Shown: positions 25,098-35,918 of the stretch, in pieces | Layout: every line of letters begins with the position of its first letter | Position numbering within the stretch: position 1 is the first letter of the stretch | NCBI RefSeq assembly: GCF_964213995.1 | Contig: NC_135834.1 | Span: 17,360,001 to 17,424,000 of the forward strand | Length of the DNA stretch: 64,000 nucleotides | Reading direction: 5' to 3' | From: Mustelus asterias | Taxonomy: Eukaryota | Program-made: the position numbers and the translations under genes | Notes under the pieces: model-generated | What the model was told of the DNA's origin: nothing | What the model saw: the letters and a program-made list of their open reading frames with translations, nothing else | Databases searched by the model: none

Positions 25098-25331
25098 AAT
25101 TTTACCCTTTGGAGTCTAAGGGCCGGATCCGGGCGTAATACAGATCCGAGCCCGGAATCCTCTTTGCAGCGCGCCCATATGCTTTTTGCCGGCTCCAGTC
25201 CGATCCGCACAGTGGGCGGGGCTTAGCGCTGCCAGAATGATCGGAGCTCTGAACTGCGCATGCGCAGTTCGAAACAAATTTGAAGCAGCACGCCCGGGCG
25301 CGAAAGAAAAACACAGCAGAGAGAGCAGAGA

Positions 25332-26970
25332 GGGGGGTGCGGATGGACTTGGGAGAATCTTGTAAACTGAAAATAATGTAGCATCTTATTTGTGCTGCCT
25401 AATTATCTATGGGAAAGGTAATTAAACTAGTGTCCTAGTGAGCAATTAGTGACCTGTATAATACATTTATGATCTGTAACTGGATTGTTGGTGTCCCTGT
25501 ATCGCCCATCTATATTTTGAAGTATTTTCCCAAATTTTTGACTGTCAGGTTTTTAGTTCCTGCGATTATAATTTTGACATTATCTTTCAAATGGAATTCC
25601 TCTAATTCTGTGCAATGTTCAGATGAAAACAAGATGAAAGAAAGGTGGAGGGGCAGGTAGTATTGAGGAGGTGGGGAGGCTGCAGAAAGATTTAGACAGT
25701 TTAGGAGAGTGGTTCAAGAAGTGGCTGATGAAATTCAACGTGGGCAAGTGCAAGGTCGTACACTTTGGAAAAAAGAATAGAGGCATGGACTATTTTCTAA
25801 ACGGTGACAAAATTCATAATGCTAAAGTGCAAAGGGACTTGGGAGTCCTAGTCCAGGATTCTCTAAAGGTAAACTTGCAGGTTGAGTCCGTAATTAAGAA
25901 AGCAAATGTAATGTTGTCATTTATCTCAAGAGGCTTGGAATACAAAAGCAGGGATGTACTTCTGAGGCTTTATAAAGCACTGGTTAGGCCCCATTTGGAG
26001 TACTGTGAGCAATTTGGGCCCCACACCTCAGGAAGGACATACTGGCACTGGAGCGGGTCCAGCGGAGATTCACACGGATGATCCCAGGAATGGTAGGCCT
26101 GACATACGATGAACGTCTGAGGATCGTGGGATTATATTCATTGGAGTTTAGGAGGTTGAGGGGAGATCTGATAGAAACTTACAAGATAATGAACGGCTTA
26201 GATAGGATGGACGTAGGGAAGTTGTTTCCATTAACAGGGGAGACTAGGACGCGGGGGCACAGCCTTAGAATAAAAGGGAGTCACTTTAGAACAGAGATGA
26301 GGAGAAATTTCTTCAGCCAGAGAGTGGTGGGTCTGTGGAATTCATTGCCACAGAGGGCTGTGGAGGCCGAGACGTTGAGCGTCTTCAAGACAGAAATTGA
26401 TAAATTCTTGATTTCTCGAGGAATTAAGGGCTATGGGGAGAGAGCGGGTAAATGGAGTTGAAATCAACCATGATTGAATGGTGGAGTGGACTCGATGGGC
26501 CAAATGGCCTTACTTCCGCTCCTATGTCTTATGGTCTTATGGTCTTATCCAAGGCTGCTCCAGAGGCAGATTAGCTGCACCCAACATTGCCCATGCAAAT
26601 CACATTCATAAGTAGGGGCACATCTGGCATGGAATGTGAGAGAAGAGTTGCCAATACAAACTTGTTTTCACTATGGTTGATTTCCCAGATTTAGTAATCT
26701 CCTTGAATCTTATTTCCAACCAAGTTCCACCACAGGGACAATTCTTCCAAGTTCACCACATGACTCTGAACATTTGAGCACCTGGCTCATGGCTACAGGG
26801 ACATCAACAATCCAGATACAGATCACAAATGTATTATACAGGTCACTAATTGCTCACTAGGACACTGTAGTTTAATTACCTTTCCCATAGATAATTAGGC
26901 AGCACAAAGAAGATGCTACACTATTTTCAGTTTGCAAGATTCTCCCAAGTCCATCCTCCCCCCCCCCCCC
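25332..26970. mobile_element. Non-autonomous DNA transposon with about 165-bp TIRs (MULE- or Merlin-like by inference)
   Basis: 25341-25501 is the reverse complement of 26794-26956 (6 substitutions and one 2-bp indel by eye); G/C-run termini; flanks gagcagaga / aaccagaga. Confidence 0.75.
25640..26548 (+). mobile_element. 5'-truncated CR1 inside the long-TIR element
   Basis: RT C-terminal ORFs 25671 and 26078; tail tcttatggtcttatggtcttat. Confidence 0.95.
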
Positions 26971-27712
26971 AACCAGAGATCCATCTGAGCCCGCTCCCCT
27001 CCTCCGGCGGACGCCAGCGGAATGCCAGGAAGGTGCTGCAGGCTCTTGAAGGACTGCAGGTCGGAAGGATGGTGGAGGGAGAGCAGCGATCGAGGTAGGT
27101 TGGGAGTGTGCTCTGCCAAGGGGGGCCTGCCTCCCAGGGGGGTCTGATCCCGGGAGGGGGGGTCTGCCGGGGGGGGGGGGGGGGGGCGGGGGGCCTGCCT
27201 CCTGGGGTGTCCGATCCCGGGGGCGGGTTTGCCGGTGGGGCCTGCCTCCCAGGGGGGTCTGATCCCGGGGGGGGGGGGGGGGGGGGGGGGCTGCCGGGGG
27301 ACCTGCCTCCCAGGGGGGTCTGATCGGGGGTGGGGTGGGGTGGGGGGTCTGCCGGGGTGGTTAGCGGGGGGGGGGGGGGCGGGGTCTGCGAAGGATGGTC
27401 GAGGAGGATGGGCTTCGGAGGTTCCCCTGCAGAATAGAAATCCGCTTCAGATTTTTATTCTGCAGGTCGCTTACAGCGCGGATTCGGAACGGACCAGAAG
27501 ACGGTAAAGTGGGATTTGGTGGTCGAGTTGGGTGTGCGGTTCAAGTCGGGCCGCCCGATTCGGGCACGGACCGGACCCGCGCCCGAATCGCATGTCGGTA
27601 AAGCCGCGATCTGCTCGGATTCGGGTGCAGATCGCGTTAAAGGCCCGACGCCTGACTTTACCACGATTTCGCGCCCGAAAACAGGCGCGAATGTTTGGTA
27701 AAATCAGGCCCA

Positions 27713-27830
27713 ATGCCCCACAACAATGCTCAGTGCACGCACTGTCTTACAACAATTCTCAACACACTGTCCTACAATAATGCTCAGTACACTCAATGCC
27801 CGACAGCAATGCTCATTACGCACACTGCCC
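27713..27830. repeat. 29-bp minisatellite, degenerate right part
   Basis: caacaatgctcagtgcac, caataatgctcagtacactc. Confidence 0.8.
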
Positions 27831-27977
27831 TGGAGCTGTGTCTGGGAGAAAACATTGTTTCCTCTTCACCCTGGGTTCAATGTTTTTCTCATAGAGGTGA
27901 TGGATACATGAGAGTGTGGTCGGAATATGGCATTCTGAATATCTAGCATCTGCTGGAAGCAATCGCCAGTCAGACAC

Positions 27978-29063
27978 TGCATCGGTTAAATACAGAGTAA
28001 AGCTTCCTCTACACTGTCCCCGTCAAATACTCCCAGGGCAGGTACAACACAGGGTTAGATACAAAGTAAAGCTCCCGCTACACTGTCTCCATCAAACACT
28101 CCCAGGACTGGTACAGCACGGGGTTAGATACAAAATAAAGCTCCCTCTACATTGTCTCCATCAAACACTCCCAGGACAGCTACAGCACAGGCTTAGATAC
28201 AGAGTAAAGCTCCCTATACACTGTCCCCATCAAACCTTCCTCAGGACAGATACAGCGCGGGGTTAGATACAGAGTTAAGCTCCCTCTACACTGTCTCCAT
28301 CAAACATTCCAGGGCAGGCACTGCATGGAGTTCAACACAAAGTAAAGCTGCCTCTACATGGTCCCCAGCACTCCCAGGACAACTACAGCACGGGCTTAGA
28401 TACAGAATAAAGCTCCCTATACACTGTCCCTATCAAACATTCCCTAGGACAGGTACAGCGCAGGGTTAGATACAGGGTAAAGCTCCCTCTGCACTGTCCC
28501 CATTGAACACTCCCAGGACAGGTACAGCACGGGGGTTAGATACAGAGTAAAGCTCCCTCTGCACTGTCCCCATTAAACACTCCCAGGACAGGTACAGCAC
28601 GGGGGTTAGATACAGAGTAAAGCTCCCTCTACACTGTCCCCATCAAACATTCCAGGGCAGGCACTGCACGGAGTTCAATATAAAGTAAAGCTGCCTCTAC
28701 ACTGTCCCCAACTCTCCCAGGACAGGTGCAGCACGGAGTTAGATACAGAGTAAAGCTCCCTCTGCACTGTCCCCATTAAACACTCCCAGGACAGGTACAG
28801 CACGGGGTTAGATACAGAGTAAAGCTCCCTCTACACTGTCCCCATTAAACACTCCCAGGACAGGTACAGCACGGGGTTAGATACAGAGTAAAGCTCCCTC
28901 TACACTGTCCCCATCAAACACTCCTAGGACAGGTACAGCACGGGGTTAGATACAGAGTAAAGCTCCCTCTACACCATCCCCATCAAACACTCCGAGGACA
29001 GGTACTGCACGGGCTTAGATACAGATTAAAGCTCCCTCTACACCATCCCCATTAAACACTCCC
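27978..29063. repeat. 69-bp tandem repeat, about 15.5 copies
   Basis: Unit ggggttagatacagagtaaagctccctctacactgtccccatcaaacactcccaggacaggtacagcac; spacing 28801 to 28870. Confidence 0.97.
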
Positions 29064-29390
29064 ATGATGTTTTCATTAAATTCTTCAGTTAAACATTGAT
29101 ATGTTGCTGACATCTTTCCCGGATACCAAAGCTCATAGAGTTTCTCTGGAAGATCTGGAGAGTGGGACGTATTTATGAAAGTAATTGGAGCTGTAAGAGC
29201 TGAATCAGTTCAGAGTAACGAGGAGGTGTTAGCCTTGGTTCAATTGTTTTGTTCTCTACTCTAAGTCAGGAGGTTGAGAGTTAATCTACCCTATCTTTCA
29301 GCTGTAAATATTCTCATGATGTTAGTCTGAGCAGCAGGGGAGTTCACACTGGTTTTATTTTTTAAGATAAAAAATCTTAAGATAAAAAAT

Positions 29391-29740
29391 GGGCGGCACG
29401 GTAGCACAATGGTTAGCACTGCTGCTTCACAGCTCCAGGGACCTGGGTTCAATTCCCAGCTTGGGTCACTGTCTGTGTGGAGTTTGCACATTCTCCTCGT
29501 GTCTGCGTGGGTTTTCTCCGGGTGCTCCGGTTTCCTCCCACAGTCCAAAGATGTGTGGGTTAGGTTGATTGGCCACGCTAAAATTGCCCCTTAGTGACCA
29601 GGGTTGCGTAGATTAGAGGGATTAGCGGGTAAAATATGTAGGGATATGGGGGTAGGGCCTGGGTGGCATTGTGGTCGGTGCAGACTCGATGGGCCCAATG
29701 GCCTCTTTCTGTGCTGTAGGGTTTCTATGATTTCTATGTA
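29391..29740 (+). mobile_element. HE1 SINE, full length and young, inserted in a degenerate Deu-type SINE (about 29225-29930)
   Basis: gggcggcacggtagcac… to tttctatgatttctatg. Confidence 0.95.
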
Positions 29741-30175
29741 TTATTCAACAGGCATCACTTCACAGATTAGCTGGTCAGAATGACATTTATGTATGTGGGA
29801 TCTTGCTGTGTATTATTTCAAAACTTGCTGTGCACTTCCTTCATTAAAAAAGTAATTGCATTTCAAAAGGCTTTTATTGTCTATAAAGAACTTCTGGACA
29901 TTCCGAAATTCTGAAAGGTGCTATTTGGTTACAGACCTTCCATTAGGACATAAATCGATACCCTCTTAGCTGAGATAAATTGAGGGTGCAAACATTGCAT
30001 GTTTGACAGAAAGCTGGTTTCTTTAACTAATATCCAGAATGTCAAACTCCAGCCCAGATACAGGGATTATTAACATCAACTGAAACAAACCCCACTATCA
30101 AGATGAACATGCTTCAGTCCTGGATGTGCTTCACAGATTCACAGCAGCAATAAGTGGAGCATCCAGCCCCCCGAG

Positions 30176-30850
30176 TTACCTGGGATTTCGCTGATGCCTC
30201 AGAGGCTGGGGTCACTAAGTGAATCCCTTCCCACACACGGAGCAGGTGAACCGCCTCTCCCCAGTGTGAACTCGCTCGTGATCTGTCTTTCCATTCAAAG
30301 CTCTTCTCACAGTCAGAACATTTAAATAGTCTCTTATCAGAATGAGCAAGTTGTTGCAAAGTGAGGTGGATTATTTCTGTGAACCTCTTCCCACATTTGG
30401 ATTCGGTGAATGGTCTCTCCCCCAGTATGATTATGTTCTGTTCAATGAGGGGGGATCCCCAGTCTAAAGCTGAAATTTTACCGGATGGGCCCAATTCCGG
30501 GGGCTCAGAGAATGGCATTCTCCGTTGGCCTCGGGCAGGATCCTACGAACCTTGGGTGGACGTGCCGGTAAAATTCTGCCCAGAATGTTGCGATGTGTTT
30601 TTTTTCAGGCTGTGTAATTGGTTAAAGCTCTTTCCACAGTCAGTTCACTGGAACACTTTCACTCAGTGCTTTTCCAGTCACGGTGATATTTGAAATCTTC
30701 CCCACAGACAGAACAGACAAATATTTCTCCTTCCACGTTCAAAGACTGATGATATTCATGTCCGGATGAATCGAGTTACTTTGCCAGATCTTGATGTGAT
30801 GTTTGGATTCAGTTTTCCATCTGCAAATCCGCCCCTCCTACCACTCCACA
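30176..30850 (-). pseudogene. C2H2 ZNF pseudogene (ZNF-C), second subfamily (LNVEGEIFVCSVCGK)
   Basis: Leader HQDL…LDSSGHEYHQSLNVEG, broken fingers, MITE insertion. Confidence 0.8.
30466..30581. mobile_element. MITE of about 115 bp inside ZNF-C
   Basis: TIRs gctgaaattttaccgg / ccggtaaaattctgccc. Confidence 0.7.
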
Positions 30851-31596
30851 AAGGGACATTGTGTAAGTCACAACTGCAAATACACGATAGAAATTCAGAA
30901 CGGACAATTCTATTTCTTTGGGAATCACTTTTCCCAAAACATGTGGTCAAATTAATTTAACAGAAGGTTAAACCAGCAACAAAGTCCCATCAAAAGCAAA
31001 GGGAACTTTCCGAACTGAAGTCTTTCCCCCAGTATGTGTGAGGTACTCTGTACTCTGAGGAAGCCATCTGATGTGAAAAGTATCAAGAGGGTCAGTGGGC
31101 ACCGCATGACCCCTCTCCAGGGGCAGCAGGGCATGGACATGAACTCTAAGGAGAGGCTGGCAGGCAGAGTGACTTATGCAATCCTCCTCTGTGCTCAGAA
31201 TTTCTCCCCCCACTCCCTCCAACCCTGAGCCACATGTTCCCCATGGTCTGTCTCCATCAGCCGCACTGTGAGCATGCTCAGAGCACAGTTCAACATGGCG
31301 ATGACAGATTGAGTTCCTGGAGTTATTAATGGAGCACAGTCTATCCTCTGGAGCATTCTGGGTAATCAATCCGCAATTGCTCATTAGATTTATGTGGCTG
31401 TTTACAGGGACACAGAAAATGAATCTCTTCTCCCATTGAGATTGGGTCGAATGGCCTCTCTCTATTCTGTTCAGCAAGAGTGAATTAATCCTCTTGTTCA
31501 GGGGCTGGATTCTTTCTTTATTGAATTCAGACCCCTCAAAAGCAACTCCTGTCCTGGCCACATTCTGAGCCTGACCCGAAGTGCTTGAAACTCTTT

Positions 31597-32978
31597 GCCT
31601 TATAGGCCGGTGAGCTTGACGTCCGTGGTGGGGAAGTTGTTGGAGAAGATTCTTAGAGATAGGATGTATGCGCATTTAGAAAGGAATAAACTCATTAACG
31701 ATAGTCAGCATGGTTTTGTGAGAGGGAGGTCATGCCTCACTAACCTGGTGGAGTTTTTTGAAGAAGTGACCAAAATGGTTGACGAGGGAAGGGCCGTGGA
31801 TGTCGTCTATATGGACTTTAGTAAAGCGTTTGACAAAGTCCCTCATGGTAGGCTGGTGAAAAAGGTTAGATCTCATGGGATAAAGGGGGAGGTGGCTAGA
31901 TGGGTGGAGAACTGGCTTGGTCACAGAAGACAGAGGGTGGTAGTGGAAGGGTCTTTTTCCGGCTGGAGGCCTGTGACTAGTGGTGTTCCGCAGGGCTCTG
32001 TATTGGGACCTCTGCTATTTGTGATTTATATAAATGATCTGGAAGAAGGTGTAACTGGGGTGATCAGTAAGTTTGCGGACGACACAAAATTGGCAGGACT
32101 TGCAGATAGTGAGGAGCATTGTCAGAAGCTACAGAAGGATATAGATAGGCTGGAAATTTCGGCAAAGAAATGGCAGATGGAGTTCAATCCTGATAAATGC
32201 GAAGTGATGCATTTTGGTAGAAATAATGTAGGGAGGAGCTATATGATAAATGGCAGAACCATAAAGGGTGTAGATACGCAGAGGGACCTGGGTGTGCAAG
32301 TCCACAGATCCTTGAAAGTGACGTCACAGGTGGAGAAGGTGGTGAAGAAGGCATATGGCATGCTTGCCTTTATAGGACGGGGCATAGAGTATAAAAGTTG
32401 GGGTCTGATGTTGCAGATGTATAGAACATTGGTTCGGCCGCATCTGGAATACTGCATCCAGTTCTGGTCGCCACACTACCAGAAGGACGTGGAGGCTTTG
32501 GAGAGAGTACAGAGGAGGTTTACCAGGATGTTACCTGGTATGGAGGGGCTTAGTTATGAGGAGAGATTGGGTAAACTGGGGTTGTTCTCCCTGGAAAGAC
32601 GGAGGATGAGGGGAGACTTAATAGAGGTGTATAAGATTATGAAAGGCATAGATAGGGTGAACGGTGGGAAGCTTTTCCCCAGGTCGGTGGTGACGTTCAC
32701 GAGGGGTCATAGGTTCAAGGTGAAGGGGGGGAGGTTTAACACAGATATCAGACGGACATATTTTACACAGAGGGTGGTGGGGGCCTGGAATGGGTTGCCG
32801 GGCAAGGTGGTGGAGGCGGACACACTGGGAACGTTTAAGACTTATCTAGATAACCACATGAACGGAGTGGGAATGGAGGGATACAAAAGAATGGTCTAGT
32901 TTGGACCAGGGAGCGGCGCGGGCTTGGAGGGCCGAAGGGCCTGTTCCTGTGCTGTATTGTTCTTTGTTCTTTGTTTGT
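31597..32978 (+). mobile_element. 5'-truncated young CR1 with uninterrupted RT ORF
   Basis: 434-aa ORF with all RT motifs; tgttctt tail. Confidence 0.97.
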
Positions 32979-33024
32979 TCTTATTTCACTCTCTACAAAC
33001 TTGTTGACCACATATTCTCTCAGC

Positions 33025-34570
33025 AACATATTGCATTTATATAGCGCTGTTAACTTAGCAAATTATCCCCAGGAGCTTCACATGAACATTATCAAATGTG
33101 GCACAGAGCTACATAAGTAGATATTAGGATAGGTGGCAGTGCTCTGAGCAAAGCAGCAGATTGAAGGAGCTTATTAAAGGAGAGCAGGGAAGGTGGAGAT
33201 GTGGGAAAGGATTCCAGAGCCTGGCGGTAAGGCAGCTGGAGAAACAATCACCAAAATAAAGCTGGGATGCAGAAGTCCAGAAATGGAAGAGCTCAGAGAT
33301 TGTAATAATAGATGCCAATGAGTATCCGGTACTTAATGATTTAAGATGAGAGGGGAGAACCAATTTGACCAGTTATTTGAACATTTGTTGTCGGGGAATT
33401 ACTGAAGTCTAATTACTGGAGTCTATAATTAATGATAGAGTCTATAATTAAAGTTCGATCCTATAATTAATGGTAGAGTCTATAATTAAGGACTGAGTGA
33501 CTAAACAGGTTGAAAAAAAGTGAGCTTCTCAGAGATCCAGCATGGATTTGTAAAGAGTGGGTCATCCTGGACAAACCTGATTGTATCTGTTGAAGTGGTG
33601 ACTGAAGTAGTGAATGTCTATGGATGTTATTCATATGGACCTTCAGAAAGAATTTGACATAATTCCACCCTGTTAGCTGTATGTGAAATCATGGAATTGA
33701 AGGCAAACGATTGATCTGTTTAAGAAATTGGCTGAATGATAGGACTCAGAGTGCGCTTATAATGTGCAGATATTCTAATTTACAGGAAGTAACTCATGGT
33801 GGCAGGAAGGATCAGTGTCACGGGTCATCCTATTTATGAACAACTCAGATTACTGACACAAAATCATATTTTTAAATTTATTCATATATGGGATTTAGGC
33901 ATCACTGTCTCGGTTTTATTGTGCATCCTGATTTTCCCTGATAAGGTGGTGGTGAGCTGCCTTCTTGAAACGCTGCAGTCCCTGAGGTGCAGATACACAC
34001 AGAGTGCTGTTAGGGGCGGAATTTCCGGATTTTGACCCAGTAGCATTGAAGGAACGGTGATATATTTCCAATTTTGAATGGTAGGTCATATTCATAATCC
34101 TTGAGGCCTCAATCAAGTTAAAACTCACTCTCTATCTCAGAGAAAGTCATGTTTGCCATGTTCAATCTTTCTTTATAAATATAACCTTCCAGTTCTAGCA
34201 TTATTGCAGTCAATCTCCCTGCAATCACAGCAGAGGCAGCATCTGCTCTTTCACTACCTCCCTTCACACACTCCAGAGCTGCAGTGGTTAGCACTACTTC
34301 CTCGCAGTGCCAAGAACTCAGGTTCAATGTCGCTGTTGTCTGCGTGGAGTCCGCACGCGGTGGTTTCCAACAATTTCCTCCAGCAGTCCAAAACATATCC
34401 AGCTTAAATTGGTTGGCCATGCTAAATTGCAGCTTAGTAGCTAGGTTAGAGGGACTGGTGAGGTAAATATGTGGGGTTACAGGGATAGGGTTTGTGTAAG
34501 ATGCTCCATCGGAGAGTCAGTGCAGACTTGATGGACCGAATAGTCTGGATCTGCACTGTCGGGATTCAAA
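33025..34570. mobile_element. Mosaic of old L2 tail (minus), CR1 fragments and a degenerate HE1 (about 34283-34568)
   Basis: ttgcatttatatagcgc tail, QHGF remnant at about 33540, V-SINE remnant. Confidence 0.6.
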
Positions 34571-34769
34571 GCTACTTGATACAGGATATACTTATACTTC
34601 TTAGAATTTAATATTGTTTATTTGAAGCTTCCAGAGTGATCTCTAAACCAAGGGGACTTAATCCAGATTCGGTGACTGTTTTATGAGACATTGCCATTCA
34701 GTCCGCAAGAGTGATCCCGAGCTTCCAGTCATTTGTCTTTCTGATTATCTATCCCAGTCCAGTTTCTTT

Positions 34770-34928
34770 ATAAGTTTATTTATTAGTGCCACAAGTAGGC
34801 GTACATTAACACTGCAATGAACTTTCTGTGAAAATCCCCTAATCGCCACACTCCAGCACCTGTTCGGGTACACTGAGGGAGAATTTAACATGGCCTATCC
34901 ACCTAACCCGCACATCTTTGGACTGTGG
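34770..34928 (-). mobile_element. V-SINE variant with alternative 3' tail (same family as 46308-46620)
   Basis: V-domain followed by ggggattttcacag…cttgtg…ctaataaataaac. Confidence 0.75.
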
Positions 34929-34944
34929 AGGGAGGGGAGGGAAG

Positions 34945-35130
34945 GGGAGTTGTAAGTATTCGCATTCCAACCATTATTCATGTAAATTAAGTCTGTGTCT
35001 TTATATGCTCTGTTTGTGAACAGAATTCCCACTCACCTGAAGAAGGGGCTTGCAGCTCCGAAAGCTTGTGTGGCTTTTGCTACCAAATAAACCTGTTGGA
35101 CTTTAACCTGGTGTTGTTAAACTTCTTACT
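34945..35130 (+). mobile_element. Penelope-like element terminal repeat (pLTR) fragment
   Basis: Near-identical reverse complement of 51030-51207, which is joined to a GIY-YIG C-terminus. Confidence 0.85.
35028..35073 (+). ncRNA. Minimal type I hammerhead ribozyme
   Basis: ccactcac-CTGAAGA-a-ggggct(tgc)agctcc-GAAA-gctt-gtgtgg. Confidence 0.8.
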
Positions 35131-35667
35131 TCTGCAAACAAGCAGATAAATTAACCCTTTCTACTGACAGCATGGTGACAATTCAAAGTGAAACATTCCT
35201 TCGTCCTGTTTGTTATGATTGAAGAAAAAGTGCCCAAGGGCGGAAGATATGGGAGTTACCTCCCAACTGATTGAGGTATGTGTACTTGTCTCTGATCTAC
35301 AAATACAATATTATGTGAATATTAAATTGGATAGTAAAGTTTCTCCAGCCTCCTGAATGGGATCGACTTGTAATTAACAGGATGTTCCATTTAGAATGAA
35401 TGATAGAGAAAATCACACCACGAATTGGGGATTTCAATAACTCATTCCAGTATTGTTCAATGCAATGGTTCAATCTGAAAGCTTTTTCTTGGCAATATTT
35501 GTACCCTTGCCCCTATACCTAAAAATATATATTTAATTGTATTGCCACCATATTAGACTGGAATTGAACCAAGTCCCTGGCGATGTGAAAAAAAAATCAA
35601 ACTGCTTCCTCCACATCCTGTATTAACCCAGTACAGGATGTGGGAGAAGTAGTTTGATTTCTTTTCA

Positions 35668-35918
35668 ATTCACTCATGGGACATGGGCGTCACTGTCTGG
35701 GTCAGCATTTATTGCCCATCCCTGGGTGCCGCTGAACTGAGTGGCTTGGTCGGCCATTTCAGAGGGCAGTTGAGAGTCAACCACATTGCTGTGGCTCTGG
35801 AATCACATGTAGGCCAGACCGGGTAAGAACAGTAGATTTCCTTCCCTAAAGGATAGCAGTGAACCTGACGGGTTTTTCCGACAATCGACAATGGTTTCAT
35901 GGTCATCAGTTCTTAATT
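35668..35918 (-). mobile_element. tRNA-SINE (AmnSINE2-like) 3' part; the 5' part lies at 40233-40360
   Basis: Halves rejoin as …ggtcatcag…ttaatt / ccaga…caaattccaccatctgccgtggcgggattcgaacc (B box on minus). Confidence 0.7.

Larger units (their letters stand above)
25095..27711. mobile_element. GC-rich non-autonomous TIR element (GGGC…attttacc termini, Harbinger-like by inference) carrying nested insertions
   Basis: Left ctcaattttaccc, right ggtaaaatcaggccc; interrupts the 29-bp minisatellite. Confidence 0.65.

Noticed and set aside
26595-26602. Octamer ATGCAAAT and scattered CACAGTG heptamers (Ig promoter or RSS)
   Set aside because: Expected by chance at this window size; heptamers mostly come from His-Cys codons and SINE heads; no spaced nonamers or V segments noticed
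27916-28266. ORF with repeated YRVKLPLHCPHQTLPG
   Set aside because: Translation of the 69-bp (23-codon) tandem repeat; no splice or other coding evidence
27978-29063. CRISPR-like regular array
   Set aside because: Head-to-tail units with no unique spacers, no cas genes, eukaryotic context
30968-31675. 235-aa minus ORF
   Set aside because: Starts inside a CR1, crosses a decayed promoter, no recognisable domain; treated as chance pending BLASTP
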